From assembly GCF_006345805.1 (NCBI RefSeq), contig NC_043005.1, positions 76,012,001 through 76,076,000 of the forward strand: 64,000 nt of DNA. Direction: 5' to 3'. A program made the position numbers and the translations under genes. The notes under the pieces are model-generated. The model made no database searches, was not told the DNA's origin, and saw only the letters and a list, made by a program, of their open reading frames with translations. This document shows, piece by piece, positions 25,497 to 38,309 of the stretch. The stretch's first letter is position 1. Every line of letters starts with the position of its first letter. The stretch is from Octopus sinensis (lineage: Eukaryota).

Positions 25497-26280
25497 TTTT
25501 AAAAACATATTCTTTCTGCTCTAGGCACAAGGCCCAATATTCCGGAGGAGGAGGGCCAGTCGATCAGATCGACCTCAGTATGCAACTGGTACTTAATTTA
25601 TCGACTTAATTTATCAATTTAATTTATCGATTTAAGAGATCAAAAGGTTGCGCTGGTGTGTGATAGTCAGGTTTTTCTCTAGGCTGCCGAAACCTCAGGC
25701 TACAAAGAACCATATCGTGGTCTGAGAGAAGAGTATTCTCCACTGTAGTATCATGGATAGTGTTTGTATGGTTACTTAACTCTAAGTCCAGGGCGTTTTT
25801 GGAGCACGAGTTGAGACAGGAAGAATTCGTCTATGAATTTGAACAATGATTCCACTGCTGCTTTCTCCGGGTGTTGAAATGCACACACCTGTTTCCAGTG
25901 TATGTGTAGTCCAGTCAATACACGGGATACTGAAATCACCCATCATTAAAATGCTGGCAATTCATTGGTTAAAATTCGAAGAATTAAACTACGTTAAACT
26001 TACAAATTACAATTTTCTCAAGAAAGCCAAGTGAAAATAATGTTTTCTTTTGACACATTCTACCAGTATACGAAGTTTCAAATTGTTTAGTTAACTAGAA
26101 ATTGTGTTGAATTCCGTCCATCAAAAGGAAAAGATCCAGAAGCCAGGTCTGACCAGTTACAAAAAGTTAAATATTAAATATCTTGGCCTGCTAAGGAAAA
26201 TAAGTTAAATTCACGAATTATTTAAAACAATTTCTTTGGCCATTTTATTTCAGTAAAGAAGAAAAAACAAAAATCTAGCG

Positions 26281-26352
26281 TTCCCATGCCGGGAATCGAA
26301 CCCGGGCCGCCTGGGTGAAAGCCAGGAATCCTAACCACTAGACCACATGGGA
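26281..26352 (-). tRNA. tRNA-Glu-TTC: tRNA-Glu(TTC), consensus copy
   Basis: Identical to consensus. Confidence 0.97.
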
Positions 26353-26651
26353 GTGCTGCTTGTCAATGCTCATAGTTATAATCTTATCAAAAGTATTTCA
26401 TTTTCATCGATAGTTGTCATTGCTGCTGACTGCTGTTAAGCTATTGCCATTCATCGAGTGAGGCATTTCGAATAAAGTGTCTTGCTCAGAAAAACTAACA
26501 CAACTATGCAACATGTTTAAAGTCATAAACTTCAAGTATTTAACGAGCAATGGGTCTATCAATTTCGAATCCGACATTGTATTTACTTTAAAATGAAAAC
26601 CCTCTCTCTGTGCCTGCCTCTATCTGTCTCTCACATCCTATTTCCCTCCTT

Positions 26652-26699
<48 letters not shown>

Positions 26700-26798
26700 G
26701 AAAGTCTCAAACAAGAGTAAACTTATTAAAAATTCGGACTTCTATTTCCTCTAAAGATTATTAATAAAATCTATTTATCTTGTATTTAAAAAAGCAAG

Positions 26799-27110
26799 GG
26801 TACTATTTAAGAAGAGTGGTCCTGGTGCGCGCACTCGCATACTCGCGCATCCGCGCTTGCTAGTCGTGACTAGTCGATCCTTTCTTTGTGTTTTTGAGTT
26901 TTATTTACTTTGTTTTAAAAAATTATTTACTTTGTGTTTTTGTGTTTTATTTGTTTTAAAAAATTATTTACTTTCTTTAAAAAATTATTTATTTTGTATT
27001 TCATTTACTTTGCTAGGTAGTTGTTGTAGGATCGACTAGTCACGACTAGCTAGCGCGGATACGCGAGTACGCAAGTGCGCGTACCGGGACCACTCTTCTT
27101 AAATAGTACC
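26799..27110. mobile_element. Foldback/MULE-like MITE, copy 2
   Basis: Same TIR; perfect 9-bp TSD AAAAGCAAG (26790-98, 27111-19). Confidence 0.88.
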
Positions 27111-27802
27111 AAAAGCAAGTGGATCTTTTCTGTTTGGCTCACACGTTTTGAAATATTAAAATTAATTTAAGATTTTCAAATGAGGTATATTAATATAATT
27201 TTTCACGATGAATCTGATGTTTATTCACTTGTTCTAGAGAACTATCAAAATAAACTCAGAATGGAAAAACAAGTTAAGTACATGATAAGAAAACAACAAC
27301 AACCTAAAATAGAAGCAAAACAAAATAAAAGCAACTTAATGTGTCCTCAAGACTCCATGTTGTCCCGAGAGGAGGAAAGCCAAAATTGATAATGGTAAGA
27401 TTTGAACTTAAATATAAAGAGAGTGAGGGAGTTTGGGGCCATTAATTGTTTGGATAATCTCAGTATTTGTAATTAGTATCAGGGATTTTTTCCGTTTGGC
27501 GGATTGTTTCCAAAAGATTCGCATGCTAAATTGTAAGGTCACTGTTTTCACCAAATGTAATGAAAAAGTCCCGACTTCGAAAAATTTTATTTGAGAAGGA
27601 GAATAAGAAAGTTGTAATGTTGCTAATGAGAGCGATAGACCGCTTTGAAATAGCATGGCACACCGTCTTCACAAAATATTAAAATAACTAAATAAATATA
27701 AGGCTGTAAGCAGCGTTTCACAATTCACCAAATAAAACAAATATGGAGCAAAGAGCAATACATTACATAAATACATAATCGAAGGCAGGAGGTCTTCAAC
27801 TT

Positions 27803-27874
27803 TTCCATGTTGTCTGGTAGTTTGAATATCAGGCTTTCAACCTGGCATCAGGCGTTCGATTTTCAGTGTGGGAA
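27803..27874 (+). pseudogene. Decayed tRNA-Glu(TTC) relic (paralog of 20995)
   Basis: TTCCATGTTGTCTGG..GGCTTTCAACC..GTTCGATT..GGGAA. Confidence 0.7.
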
Positions 27875-28193
27875 CTCAATATATATGTTTCTTTTTTTTT
27901 TGGTTCATTTCGAACTAAAAACTCCGAGATAATTTGTTTGTCATAGTTTCTAATTTGTATCAGATATATTTCTCTACTTTATCTGAACTGGATATGTTCA
28001 GCATTATGGCCAGTAGCTTAACTAGGGGTACCTGCGCAAAGGATTAACGATATTAGCCATATCGGAGGAGCAATGGCGTCATTTGGGGTACGTTTTATAA
28101 TGATTGCGTACAGCTCCAACAACATTCCACTTGTGAAAGCAGTGCTCCATTTTAGGTGGAGTTTTCTGGAGCCCATGAAAGAGACATAACGTA

Positions 28194-28194
<1 letters not shown>

Positions 28195-28280
<86 letters not shown>
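28195..28280. repeat. (TA)n microsatellite
   Basis: Directly visible; further (TA)n/(CATA)n at 29600-30010. Confidence 0.97.
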
Positions 28281-28284
<4 letters not shown>

Positions 28285-28723
28285 ACACGCGTATAGAAGC
28301 GGAAAATAGAAATGTTAGCTTTAACTTCTTGAAAATTCCGTTTCTAGAGTAAAGTTTGGATAAGTTGTCGGACATATTTCTTTTCGAAGTTATTCAAAAA
28401 TCTACAGGTAGTTTCTATGTCCCATTGAAAGATCTCAGTCTGGTTGGACTGAAGCGGCTGATGTTATGCTCATTTAAAGCATTTATATATCAGTGGTGTT
28501 GTTAGATACAGCTCCCAAATTTCCTTTAAACGAAACCTGACCTTTTTAGAAAAAAAAAAAATGACTGGAATGTACTTTGGATTAATTAGCCCTAAATAAC
28601 TCCTTTATTTCATGAAATGACTCCTTTATTTCATGAATTTGGATAAGTTATACCGAAGATTGAATGTAAATACATTTCCGAGCTCACTTTTATAATTATT
28701 AAAAAAAAACCCCAAAAAACAAG

Positions 28724-28795
28724 TTCCTATACCGGGAATCGAACCTGGGCCGCCTGGGTAAAAGCGACAGATCCTAACTTTTAGATCACATGGGA
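28724..28795 (-). pseudogene. Decayed tRNA-Glu relic (paralog of 21885)
   Basis: 72-nt alignment with broken anticodon stem. Confidence 0.8.
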
Positions 28796-29106
28796 ATGCT
28801 GCCTGTCCGGCTCACCACTTGTCTTTATCTTTCATCAGTACTTGTCAGTGTTGCTAGTACATAATTTTCGTTTATGAAGTTAGACGTGTGTAATAATGTG
28901 TCCTGCTTAGGAATGAAAATAAAACTGTGAAACAGGTGAAGTCATAAACTAGAAGTTAATGTTCAGAAATGGATACGCTCAGACCTTACTGGCAATTTGC
29001 ATTTTGTGAGTTCAGATTTGTTCTTGTGTTTTACTTTACTGTCTAGGAAAAATCCCCTCTTTCCTCATGAGTGAATATACATGGGTAGGCAAAAGTAGGT
29101 AAAGTA

Positions 29107-29162
29107 TTCTCACGCCAAGAATCGGTGAAAGCCAGGAACCTTTACTATTAGACTACATGGAA
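29107..29162 (-). pseudogene. tRNA-Glu relic with internal deletion
   Basis: ..GAATCG|GTGAAAGCCAGGAA..TAGACTACATGG. Confidence 0.7.
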
Positions 29163-29688
29163 AAATGGCTATTTGTTCTTGTAAATAAGATTTTACCGAT
29201 AGTGTTGCTGCTACACGAATATTGTATTATATTCGCCCAACGAAAAGAAAAGTAAAACCTAAGGGCCAGACTTGAACTCTCCAACTAGGAGTTAGCAGTA
29301 AGTTCTGGGTACATAGAAACTGTGTGAAAACACATGTCTGGAAAATCATCAGTTTCACACCTAGAATTTCAAATCACGGAAAGAAATTGACATCAACAAA
29401 TAAAACACACACACATATACTCATATGTTTTCTTTAAAAAAAAAAGCCACCCCCCCCCCCAAAAAAAAAAACACAACATATCTAATATTCAAATTTCTGC
29501 AATTCTTGAAAAACAGAAACAGAATTAACAGTTCTCTCAGGTGAACATAAACAAAACAAAATTTGTCTGAAACTGAATATAAACACGCATACACACATAT
29601 ACAAATATATATATGTATAATATTCATATATGTATGTATAGTATATGTATATGTGTAATACATATATACATACATATGTACATAGATA

Positions 29689-29738
<50 letters not shown>

Positions 29739-32677
29739 CTTTCTTGCTTATACATATATACATATATATATGTATGTATGTTTGTATATATATATATATA
29801 TATATTATACACGCGTACAGACATACATACATAATAAAACATATATATATGTTATCTATTTATTTGTATGTATATGTATGTTGTATTATAGATATATATG
29901 TATGTTTTATAAATGTGTGTGTGTATATATATATGCGTGTGTGTGCACATCCATCCATCCATCTATCCATACATACATACATACATACATACATACATAC
30001 ATACATACATAGAAACTAAAGAAATTGATTTAGAGCCCAATGGCTGGCCGCCTGGCTAAATCTGTTTGCCCGCTGTGGAGTTCATATTACTAAAAGGAAA
30101 AAAGAAAGCCAAAACATTTGATTTTTCATATTGATATTTGTTACAGCTAGGGATTGTTGTTATGTCATTTACACCAACATCAACACTTATATCATTACCG
30201 TTTGTTTTTTAATCCCTTGACGGTCATAGACAAGATGTTAAACTTTCAAATGTCTTTCAACCCTGGCCGTCCTCATTATCATATTTCAGATATGTTGTAT
30301 ATCGGACTAGATTTTGTTTTCATTGCGTCATTTCCTATTTGTTTTTGCTTAGTTTTGAGGAGGAGAAATTTCGATTACGTGTCTTCCCTGCTGTTCGATT
30401 AACAAATGTATATCGAAATATAATATATTACACAAACATAGTTTTCATGAAGTTTGATGTAATAAATAAATAAAGAAAGAAAGAAATGAAGAAATAAAAT
30501 TAAAAACTAAATAAGGATAAAAATTAGAATAAAAAATAGAAACTAAATAAAAATAAACAATAAACAGAAATTAAACAAATATAAAAATAAGAAGTAAATA
30601 AATAAAAACTAAATGGAAGTAAATAAAAAAACTAAATGAAAATAAAAAGTAAATAACAATAGAAACTAAATAAAATTTAAATATAATTAAAAATAGAAAC
30701 TGAATAAAAACAAAAACAAAATAAAAATGATAAATAAATAAAAATAACTTATATAAGAAAGTAAATAGTTTGAAATATTGCGGTGTTGAAATTATAGAAG
30801 CGGAAAATAGAAATGTTAGCTTTAACTTCTTGAAAATTCCGTTTCTAGAGTAAAGTTTGGATAAGTTGTCGGACATATTTCTTTTCGAAGTTATTCATTG
30901 AAAGATCTCAGTCTGGTTGGACTGAAGCGGCTGATGTTATGCTCATTTAAAGCATTTATATATCAGTGGTGTTATATATCAGTTAGTGTACTCCTTGGGA
31001 CAGCCCTTGAGTTTTCTTTTGCACCCCATCTTTCAGATCCCCACGGCTTATACAGGCTTATACAGCAGACCCCAAAATCTCCCATCCCCTATAAAAAGCA
31101 TCGACCAGGGCAGACCTCCCCCTCATCCCTCGCTGTTTGAAGAAAAAATGTGGGCAAAAAGTAAGTTGCAAGGGTCACAGTTCTAAAGCGGGAGAAGTCT
31201 TCTGTAGTGTTTCCTGCAGGGTAAGACACTTAAAGAAAACAAAAGGTTGTGGTGGAGCAACTATGTTGAAAGGGTGTGTAAAGTAGAATGGTTATATCAT
31301 CAATTTCAGAAATCAGTTGTGAACAGTGATATAAATTACAGATAGGGGAAACAGTACTTCTTTGAGTAGGGTTTGTTATATGTTGATGAGTGAATCTTTG
31401 GCAATAAGCCCCACGGTATTCCGGGGAATGATGTCTGAGATGTTTGTAACCGTAGCAAGAAAATGTTAGTTTTATGTATATATAAAAAAAAAATGAAAAT
31501 TCATAAATATATAAATGTGGGGGTGTTTCCTTAAAACACTTGTATCTTGGGGCTTGGTGACATCACCATAGCTCCCGGTCAAGTCAATTTACTGGGGTCA
31601 CAGAGTGCACAACCACAGCATACCATGGATATGCATTTGGTCCCAGGACTTATGAGGCCTCTGGGTAAATATCTAGCGTACCCATACCCTACGATAGTTC
31701 TGTTTTGTATCCCTCAAAAATAGCCATCCCTTATCTTCCCTTAAGAAATGCTGATAGTTGTGTTGCACAAAATTCTCGACGTACTAAAACCAACAATCAG
31801 TTTTGATTTAATGCTATAATCGATTCATTTCACTTCACTTCACTTATAACTCTAATAACCTTAGAGCAGCAGTAATGTTCCCAGTGATCATGTCTCACAT
31901 TACTGCTTCGGCTGTAGCAATTCAACCAAATTATGTTGATTTGTTGGTATTCATTTAACCTACTCTATTTGGAATTAAGATTAGTCGTTCAAATGGAATT
32001 TGAAATTAGAACGTAATGGAATAAATTGAAAAACTGATGAGCATTTAATCCGACACTTCAACTTTTCTGATAATTTATGGTCCTTCCTCCTATCATCATA
32101 TGTAATTGCTGTTCTTGTTGCTGTTGTTTAGTGTCTAGTCAATCCTGACTAATAAAACCCACGAGGGAAGTATTGACCATCTGTATTTCTTACTCAGCAA
32201 TAATGCTTCTCGGACAACATTATCAAATGAATTATTTGATAATGTTGTCCTAGATTGCCTTGTCTTTTAAACACAGCACGAATTTATGAAGATTTAGTTG
32301 CTATTTCTAGCAGGTCTAGAGAGCACATAACACTTCCCTCGTTGTCCCGTTCTACCGTTATGTTAAATAAGATATGGCTAGTGTAGTAGAACAACTGATA
32401 AGTTCACAACTGACCGCAACGAAATACAGCTTAATTCTACAGATGAATGGACTTCACTTTAATTATATTAAGAAAAGTTTTGAGAATGCATGTGCCTCAC
32501 ATCATCTTTTATCCCTTCCAAACAAAGTCAATCCAGCAAAGAAACAAAAATTATGAAATGTGATTATTTTAATATTCATATTTATCATTGGAAATATTCT
32601 TGTTAAAATCGACGAAATCAGCGAAAAACATATTTAAGCTTTATCAATAAAGAAATGAAAAGCTTACCATAAAAATA

Positions 32678-33456
32678 ATCTTTGTGTTCATTTCGACGAC
32701 AAGAGAGTCGCGACTTTCGATATGTTGGCAACGGAGGCATTCGATTCGCGAAAATTACAAAACTTTGGATGCTTGTAACTTCTTTATTAAATTCTAAATA
32801 AAAAGTAATACGATTTTTCACATCAACATGCAATATATAAATATAGAGGGAGTAAAAAACAGTTCCCATGCGGGAATCGAACCCGGGCCGCCTGGGTGAA
32901 AGCCAGGAATCCTAGCCACTAGACCACATGGGAAACCTGAATAACGATACTTTTAATAAACATATGTTGCATCATTGACTGTGATTGCTGTTCATTGCTG
33001 ATTGTTAGGTTATTTTTACTCATGAACTGAAACGTCGAATAAAGTGTTTTTCACAGAAACAAAACTAAAATCTTACAATAGATTTAACCTCACAAACTAG
33101 AAAGTGGTAATGACCTCTTGTAATGTATCAAATGGTCCGCAACATAACATTCAGTCATTAATTCACATCCAAGGTTTCAATTTATCAACAAATAACAAAG
33201 CTAGAAAAATCAGCATGATCATGTTAAATTTATTATAACGACTTGAAATTTTTCCAAGTTTCACCAAGTATGCTTTTAAAAAATACAGTTCTGATGTGGT
33301 TTGCATGCTGATGTGGAAAATCATATTACTTTTTGTCTAGAAATTAATAAAGAAGTTACAAGCATCCAAACTTTTGTAATTTTCGCGAATCGAATGCCTC
33401 CGTTGCCAACATATCGAAAGTCGCGACTCTCTTGTCGTTGAAATGGACACAAAGAT
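32678..33456. repeat. 156-bp inverted repeat pair with 467-bp spacer
   Basis: 32678-32833 is the reverse complement of 33301-33456 with about ten substitutions and no gaps. Confidence 0.92.
32863..32933 (-). tRNA. tRNA-Glu-TTC: tRNA-Glu(TTC) with 1-nt T-stem deletion and D-loop change
   Basis: 71 nt; CCCG-CATG and GGCTA variants; lies between 156-bp inverted repeats. Confidence 0.7.
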
Positions 33457-33764
33457 AAAACAAACGAGGACGAAACTTTCGCGCGTTTTCTCGACCTGCT
33501 AGAAATACCTCACAGATTTGGTGTTGATAAGATTTAGATCTACCGCATTATCCGACATACTTTCACCAATCACCAGTTCCCGAGCAAAGAAGGTAAATGA
33601 CGAATAGAAAAGAGGGTCTTCTTATTCCTATTTTCCCAACGGAATATAAATGTGTAAATCGATGATGTGAGATAAAAACACTTGAAATTTACTAATGAAT
33701 AACACAATAAGTTTGCATTAAAAATACTATTACAATTCTTGATATGCAAAAAAAAAAAAAAAAA

Positions 33765-33836
33765 TTCTCACGCCGGGAATCGAACCCGGGTCACCTGGGT
33801 GAGAGCCATAAATCCTAACCACTAGACTACATGGGA
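33765..33836 (-). pseudogene. Decayed tRNA-Glu(CTC)
   Basis: GTGAGAGCC on + strand; anticodon stem and acceptor changes. Confidence 0.75.
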
Positions 33837-33964
33837 ACACGGTGTGACAAATGTAACTGTTACTGTGATATAACTAATTAATAACTATTTTTCTGTTTCT
33901 CATTGTCGTTAGTTATTACATTGTGTTTGCCTCTAGAAATCAAGTACACTGACGAAAAGGCAAA

Positions 33965-34083
33965 GGTGCAGGTGTGGCTGTGTGATAACAAGTTTGCTTC
34001 CCAACCACATGGTTTCGAGTTCAATCTTACCTTGAGCAAGTGTGAGTGGATTTTGTAGACAGAAGTTGAAAGAAGCCTGTCGT

Positions 34084-34133
<50 letters not shown>

Positions 34134-34366
34134 ATGTGTGTGTATGTGTGTGTGTGTGTGCGTTTGTCGCCCACTACCGGTTGACAACTGGTGTTAGCGT
34201 GTCTACATATCCGTAACTTGGCGGTTCGGCAAAAGGGAAGGATAGAATAGGTATCAGGCTAAATAAAAAAAAAGTACTGGGGTTAACTCGTTCAACGAAG
34301 ATCCTTCAAGGCGGCGTCCCCAGCACGACCACAGTCTAACGATTGAAACAAGTAAGAGATAAAAGA
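33965..34366 (+). mobile_element. SINE family A, diverged, with (TG)n
   Basis: Matches family A. Confidence 0.8.
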
Positions 34367-34586
34367 TATCTCCATTGCTGGAAGAAAATTCTGCAAGAAA
34401 TTTCACTTTAATTAGAAAAGATTGTTGGAATGGCATGAATACCGCAATACTTTTATTCCTTCAAGATGAAATGAAATCAGGTTGCATACGGAAGTGATCA
34501 AAAGAGAAAATCCTTTTGATATTTGCAATGCAAAATGAAAGAATAGAACCGTACAATAATACCATTTGCAAAACAAAAACTAGCGG

Positions 34587-34660
34587 TTTCCATACCGGGA
34601 ATCGAACCTGGGCCGCCTGCCTAAAAGTCAGGAATCTTAGCCATATTCCCATGTGGTCTT
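34587..34660 (-). pseudogene. Decayed tRNA-Glu relic
   Basis: CCGGGAATCGAACCTGGGCCGCCTG retained; 5' half decayed. Confidence 0.7.
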
Positions 34661-34875
34661 TCTCCAATCTCCATTTCTCCAGTCGTCAATTCTTAAGTAA
34701 CGAGGAAGAAAAATGGCGAATAGTGAAGATGGTTTTCATATTCATGATTTTTTCCCCCGGGGAATATAGATGCTTAAATAGACGAAGTGAGAGAGCAACA
34801 CATGAAATATACAAATAAATAACAATAATTTTGTATTAAAAAAAACATAAAACAGTAAAGAATAAATCCCGTTTC

Positions 34876-34947
34876 TTCCCATGCCGGGAATCGAACGCGG
34901 GCCACCTGGGTGAGAGCCAGGTATCCTAACCACTAGACCACATGAGA
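34876..34947 (-). tRNA. tRNA-Glu-CTC: tRNA-Glu(CTC), diverged, possibly pseudogene
   Basis: Loop CT CTC AC; four further changes including a C:C T-stem mismatch. Confidence 0.65.
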
Positions 34948-35307
34948 TAACCATATGCCAGCAGTAACAATTACTGCATTTGCCGTTAGCTGCATTGTTG
35001 GCGATTATTATTACATTGTGTCCGCCGTTGGAAAACAAGTATACTAAATATAAAAAAAGACTTTGACATATCTTTATTGCTAGACACAGCCTCATTCTGC
35101 AGTTGAAGACATTTTACTTAATTAGATTACGATTGTTGGAAAGGCATGAATCTAACATGATCTTCTATTCCTTTCAAATGAGGTGAAATCAGATTACATC
35201 CATAATGTGATTCAAAAGTGAAAACCGTTTTGTTATTTGCAATAACAGAAGGAAGAAACAGTGTTACACAAAAATACCACTGCAAACCATATCATAAGCA
35301 TTACATG

Positions 35308-35379
35308 TTCTCACACCGGGAAACGAACCCGAGTCGCCCGAGTGAATGCCTGGTATCCCAAGCACAAAACCACATGGAT
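35308..35379 (-). pseudogene. Decayed tRNA-Glu relic
   Basis: CCGGGAAACGAACCCGAG..CACATGG. Confidence 0.65.
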
Positions 35380-35456
35380 ATGTCTGACGTACACGTCTGT
35401 AACAGAGTAATTATCAAAGCTATTGCTTGCGTTGTCAACAACTGTCATTGCTGCTG

Positions 35457-35786
35457 TTGAGCGGTCCGGTCCAAGCGGTCCGAAACGTGGTCCTATGCTA
35501 TTCTTAAGATCCGCAGAAGAGAAAGCAGGTCAACTCCCGACACCGAGAGCACCGACGGATGGATGAATGCGCATCCAGGCTCAGCGGTTGCGTAGGAGAC
35601 AGGAAAAAAGAGTGAGAGAAAGTTGGGCGAAAGAGTACAACAGGGGTCGCCACCACCTCCTGCCGGACCTCATGGAGCTTTAGGTGTTTTCGCTCAATAA
35701 ACACACACAACGCCCGGTCTGGGAATCGAAACCGCGATCCTCCGACCGCGAGTTCGCTGCCCTAACCACTGGGCCATTACTCCTCC
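35457..35786 (-). mobile_element. SINE family B with an alternative 3' tail
   Basis: Family B head; 16-bp TSD ACTGTCATTGCTGCTG. Confidence 0.9.
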
Positions 35787-36935
35787 ACTGTCATTGCTGC
35801 TGATTGCTGGCGTTATTTTCACTACTGAAGAATCAAGTGTTTTGTTACTTCGACAAAGCTAAAACTCTTGAATAGCAGTCAGCCCATGAACTTTGCCGAA
35901 ATACTTTAACCAGGTACTTATTTCGCATCCAACATTCCCCCAAAAATAAATAAATGAATGAAGAGATAAAAATTATAAAATGTTTCGAGAGAATTTAGTT
36001 CACATGAGGTGAATGAGATTTTGTAAATTTGTTATACTAGTAATAAATTCGGGGCTGAAGCTGACGTGGAGTGGATAGGTCATGTCATAGAAGAGGTCAC
36101 GGATGGTGGTGAAAGTACTACACTAGAGTTTTAAATCTAGTCGAAAAACAAAAATCCAAAATAAGAAAAATTGAAGTGGGGATAGTACTGAAATTTTAAT
36201 TAACTAATTATGGAATATTACTTGTAGAGCTTGTCTGATCTTTTACAATATAATCATAACTCCAGTGGTGTTTCAGTCTAACTGGAATCTATCAACGGAG
36301 CATAAAGTATCCATTACCGCAAATCTGAGAATGACTAGGGAATTATTTCAGCTTTATCTTCTGAGAATGAACACAGAACATTGTTAACATCCTAGATGTT
36401 AGACACAAACAAAGAAATAATATGGAGGGACAACCAGATAAATGCAATAAGGGAAGAAGAAAAACAACTTAGAAGCATATCTTCATGGCTAGAGTTTCAG
36501 TTTGCAGTTGAAGGGATTACACTATAATAATACAAGGCTGAAGTGTTTTGTAAAGGCATGGGTTTCACCACAGCTTTCATCCCTTCTAGATGAAGTAAAA
36601 CCAGGATACTTACACAGCAAAGAAAAACAAAAGGAAAATAAAGACATTAAGATAAAACTGTTCTGATAATTGATTTAAATATAGATCAACCGCGGGGCAT
36701 AAAAATGCCTTATCAATTCATAAAATGTGAGAATAAATAGAATACATTGTCTTGTACAGGAACTAAATTTAAAGCACTAGAATAGACTTAAAGTAACAAA
36801 CTCAGAATTGGTAGTAAGGATATCTAATCTACGAAACTGACTGAAATGCTTTCGCTAGCTATCACTTACGCATTACATATCCCGTATTTCCAAGAGATAT
36901 AGATAAATAAATGAATAAATATATAAGTAATAGTT

Positions 36936-37200
36936 TAAATATAAGAGAGCGACCACTATGTGGTCTACTCTAGCACTAAAAATAGATCCATTGGGCTTCA
37001 TCCACATAAAAAATGTCTCCGGTGAATATTAGCGCAACTACTGGTGCAGACAGGGCAAATAAACATAACAAAAATTCTTGCCCTGTCTGCGCCAGTAGTT
37101 GTGCTAATATTCACCGGAGACATTTTTTATGTGGCTGAAGCCCAATGGATCTATTTTTAGTGCTAGAGTAGACCACATAGTGGTCGCTCTCTTATATTTA
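36936..37200. repeat. Palindrome, 123-bp arms, 19-nt loop
   Basis: 36936-37058 vs 37078-37200, a few mismatches. Confidence 0.95.
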
Positions 37201-37562
37201 TATATAAAATGTATGAAAATCCGGGTTTCTTATATGCACTAAGCCACTAGGTGTTAAATGGATGTACTATTACATTAGTATAAAAATTTCTCACCCTTAA
37301 GTAATAGTTTAAAATATTTAAACAGCAATATAAAGCGCATTACAAATTGAAAAACAAAGAAGATAGATTTCGAAAACATCCAGATTTCTTAATTTCTACT
37401 AAACATCGGAGATGATATCTCGATTGTTAGAAACAAAGCAACGCCATTGTTGGATGCTTGTATGAAAGCAAGGCCCCAATGATATGCATAGTATTGCTAG
37501 TTGTATGAAAACTTGATAAAATTGACTTAAGGAGACAATATATACCGAAAAAGGTAAAAACA

Positions 37563-37634
37563 TTCCTCCGCCGGGAAATGAAACCGACTCACAGGAGTTA
37601 GAGACTGGAATCCTAACTATTAGACTACATGGGA
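37563..37634 (-). pseudogene. Decayed tRNA-Glu relic
   Basis: GCCGGGAA..GGAATCCTAACTATTAGACTACATGGGA. Confidence 0.65.
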
Positions 37635-38236
37635 CAAGCGAGAAATGTGTCAAAAACTTACTATTCTATAAAAATATATTAATTGATAAAAAATAAAAAG
37701 TTTTAAGTGGTACAGCAATGCACTATAATTCAAGCGAACTACAATACTCTCATATTAATTGATGTTAAAACCTCAATGATACGAATAGCCAATTTCTAAA
37801 ACATTCATTCTAGTTTCAAATAAATAAATGACCGGTAGTGGGAGACAACATTGAAATGTAAATCATACATGGAATATAGTCAAGAGGCGACAACTCCAGT
37901 CTTGTTTCGGTCTGATTGGGCCTCCGCACGCGAGTACAGATTGATCGTTATTGCAGATCTTAGAATAACAAGTATTCAAGGTTTGGTCTTTGAGAATGAA
38001 CACAGAGTGGCGTTAGCATTCCACTTGTCAGAAACAAAGAAAAAAATTCAGATTGAATCTAAATGGAAAGCAAGTACACCACAGAGATATGTCTTCATTG
38101 CAAGACAAATGAAAGATTTTTCATTTTAATTATATTACTACGACGGTTTTTGTAAAAGCATCAATTGTCATCATTCTATTTGAGATACAAATTGATAATG
38201 AGGAATAAAAAAATAGCTATACCTAAGCAGAACAAT

Positions 38237-38309
38237 TTCCCATGCCAGGAATCGAACCTGGGACCGCCTGGGTGAAAGCCAGGGATCTTAACCACTAGAC
38301 CACATGGGA
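38237..38309 (-). tRNA. tRNA-Glu-TTC: tRNA-Glu(TTC) isodecoder with structure-preserving changes
   Basis: TCCCATG TG GTCT AGTGGTTA AGAT C CCTGG CTTTCAC CCAGG CGGTC CCAGG TTCGATT CCTGG CATGGGA A; all stems pair. Confidence 0.8.

Noticed and set aside
30470-30770. A-rich stretch with a hydrophobic ORF on the - strand
   Set aside because: Low-complexity AAAT-type decay; the ORF is a compositional artefact
30020-31760. Possible retroelement or exon remnants, including LLPKIH at ~31390-31408 on the - strand
   Set aside because: One short motif with no following RT motifs in frame and no convincing splice structure
35450-35495. Second hammerhead-like motif (CTGTTGA...CGAAAC)
   Set aside because: Core A6 is missing, stem II does not pair, and no stem I/III could be built; it is the antisense of a SINE tail
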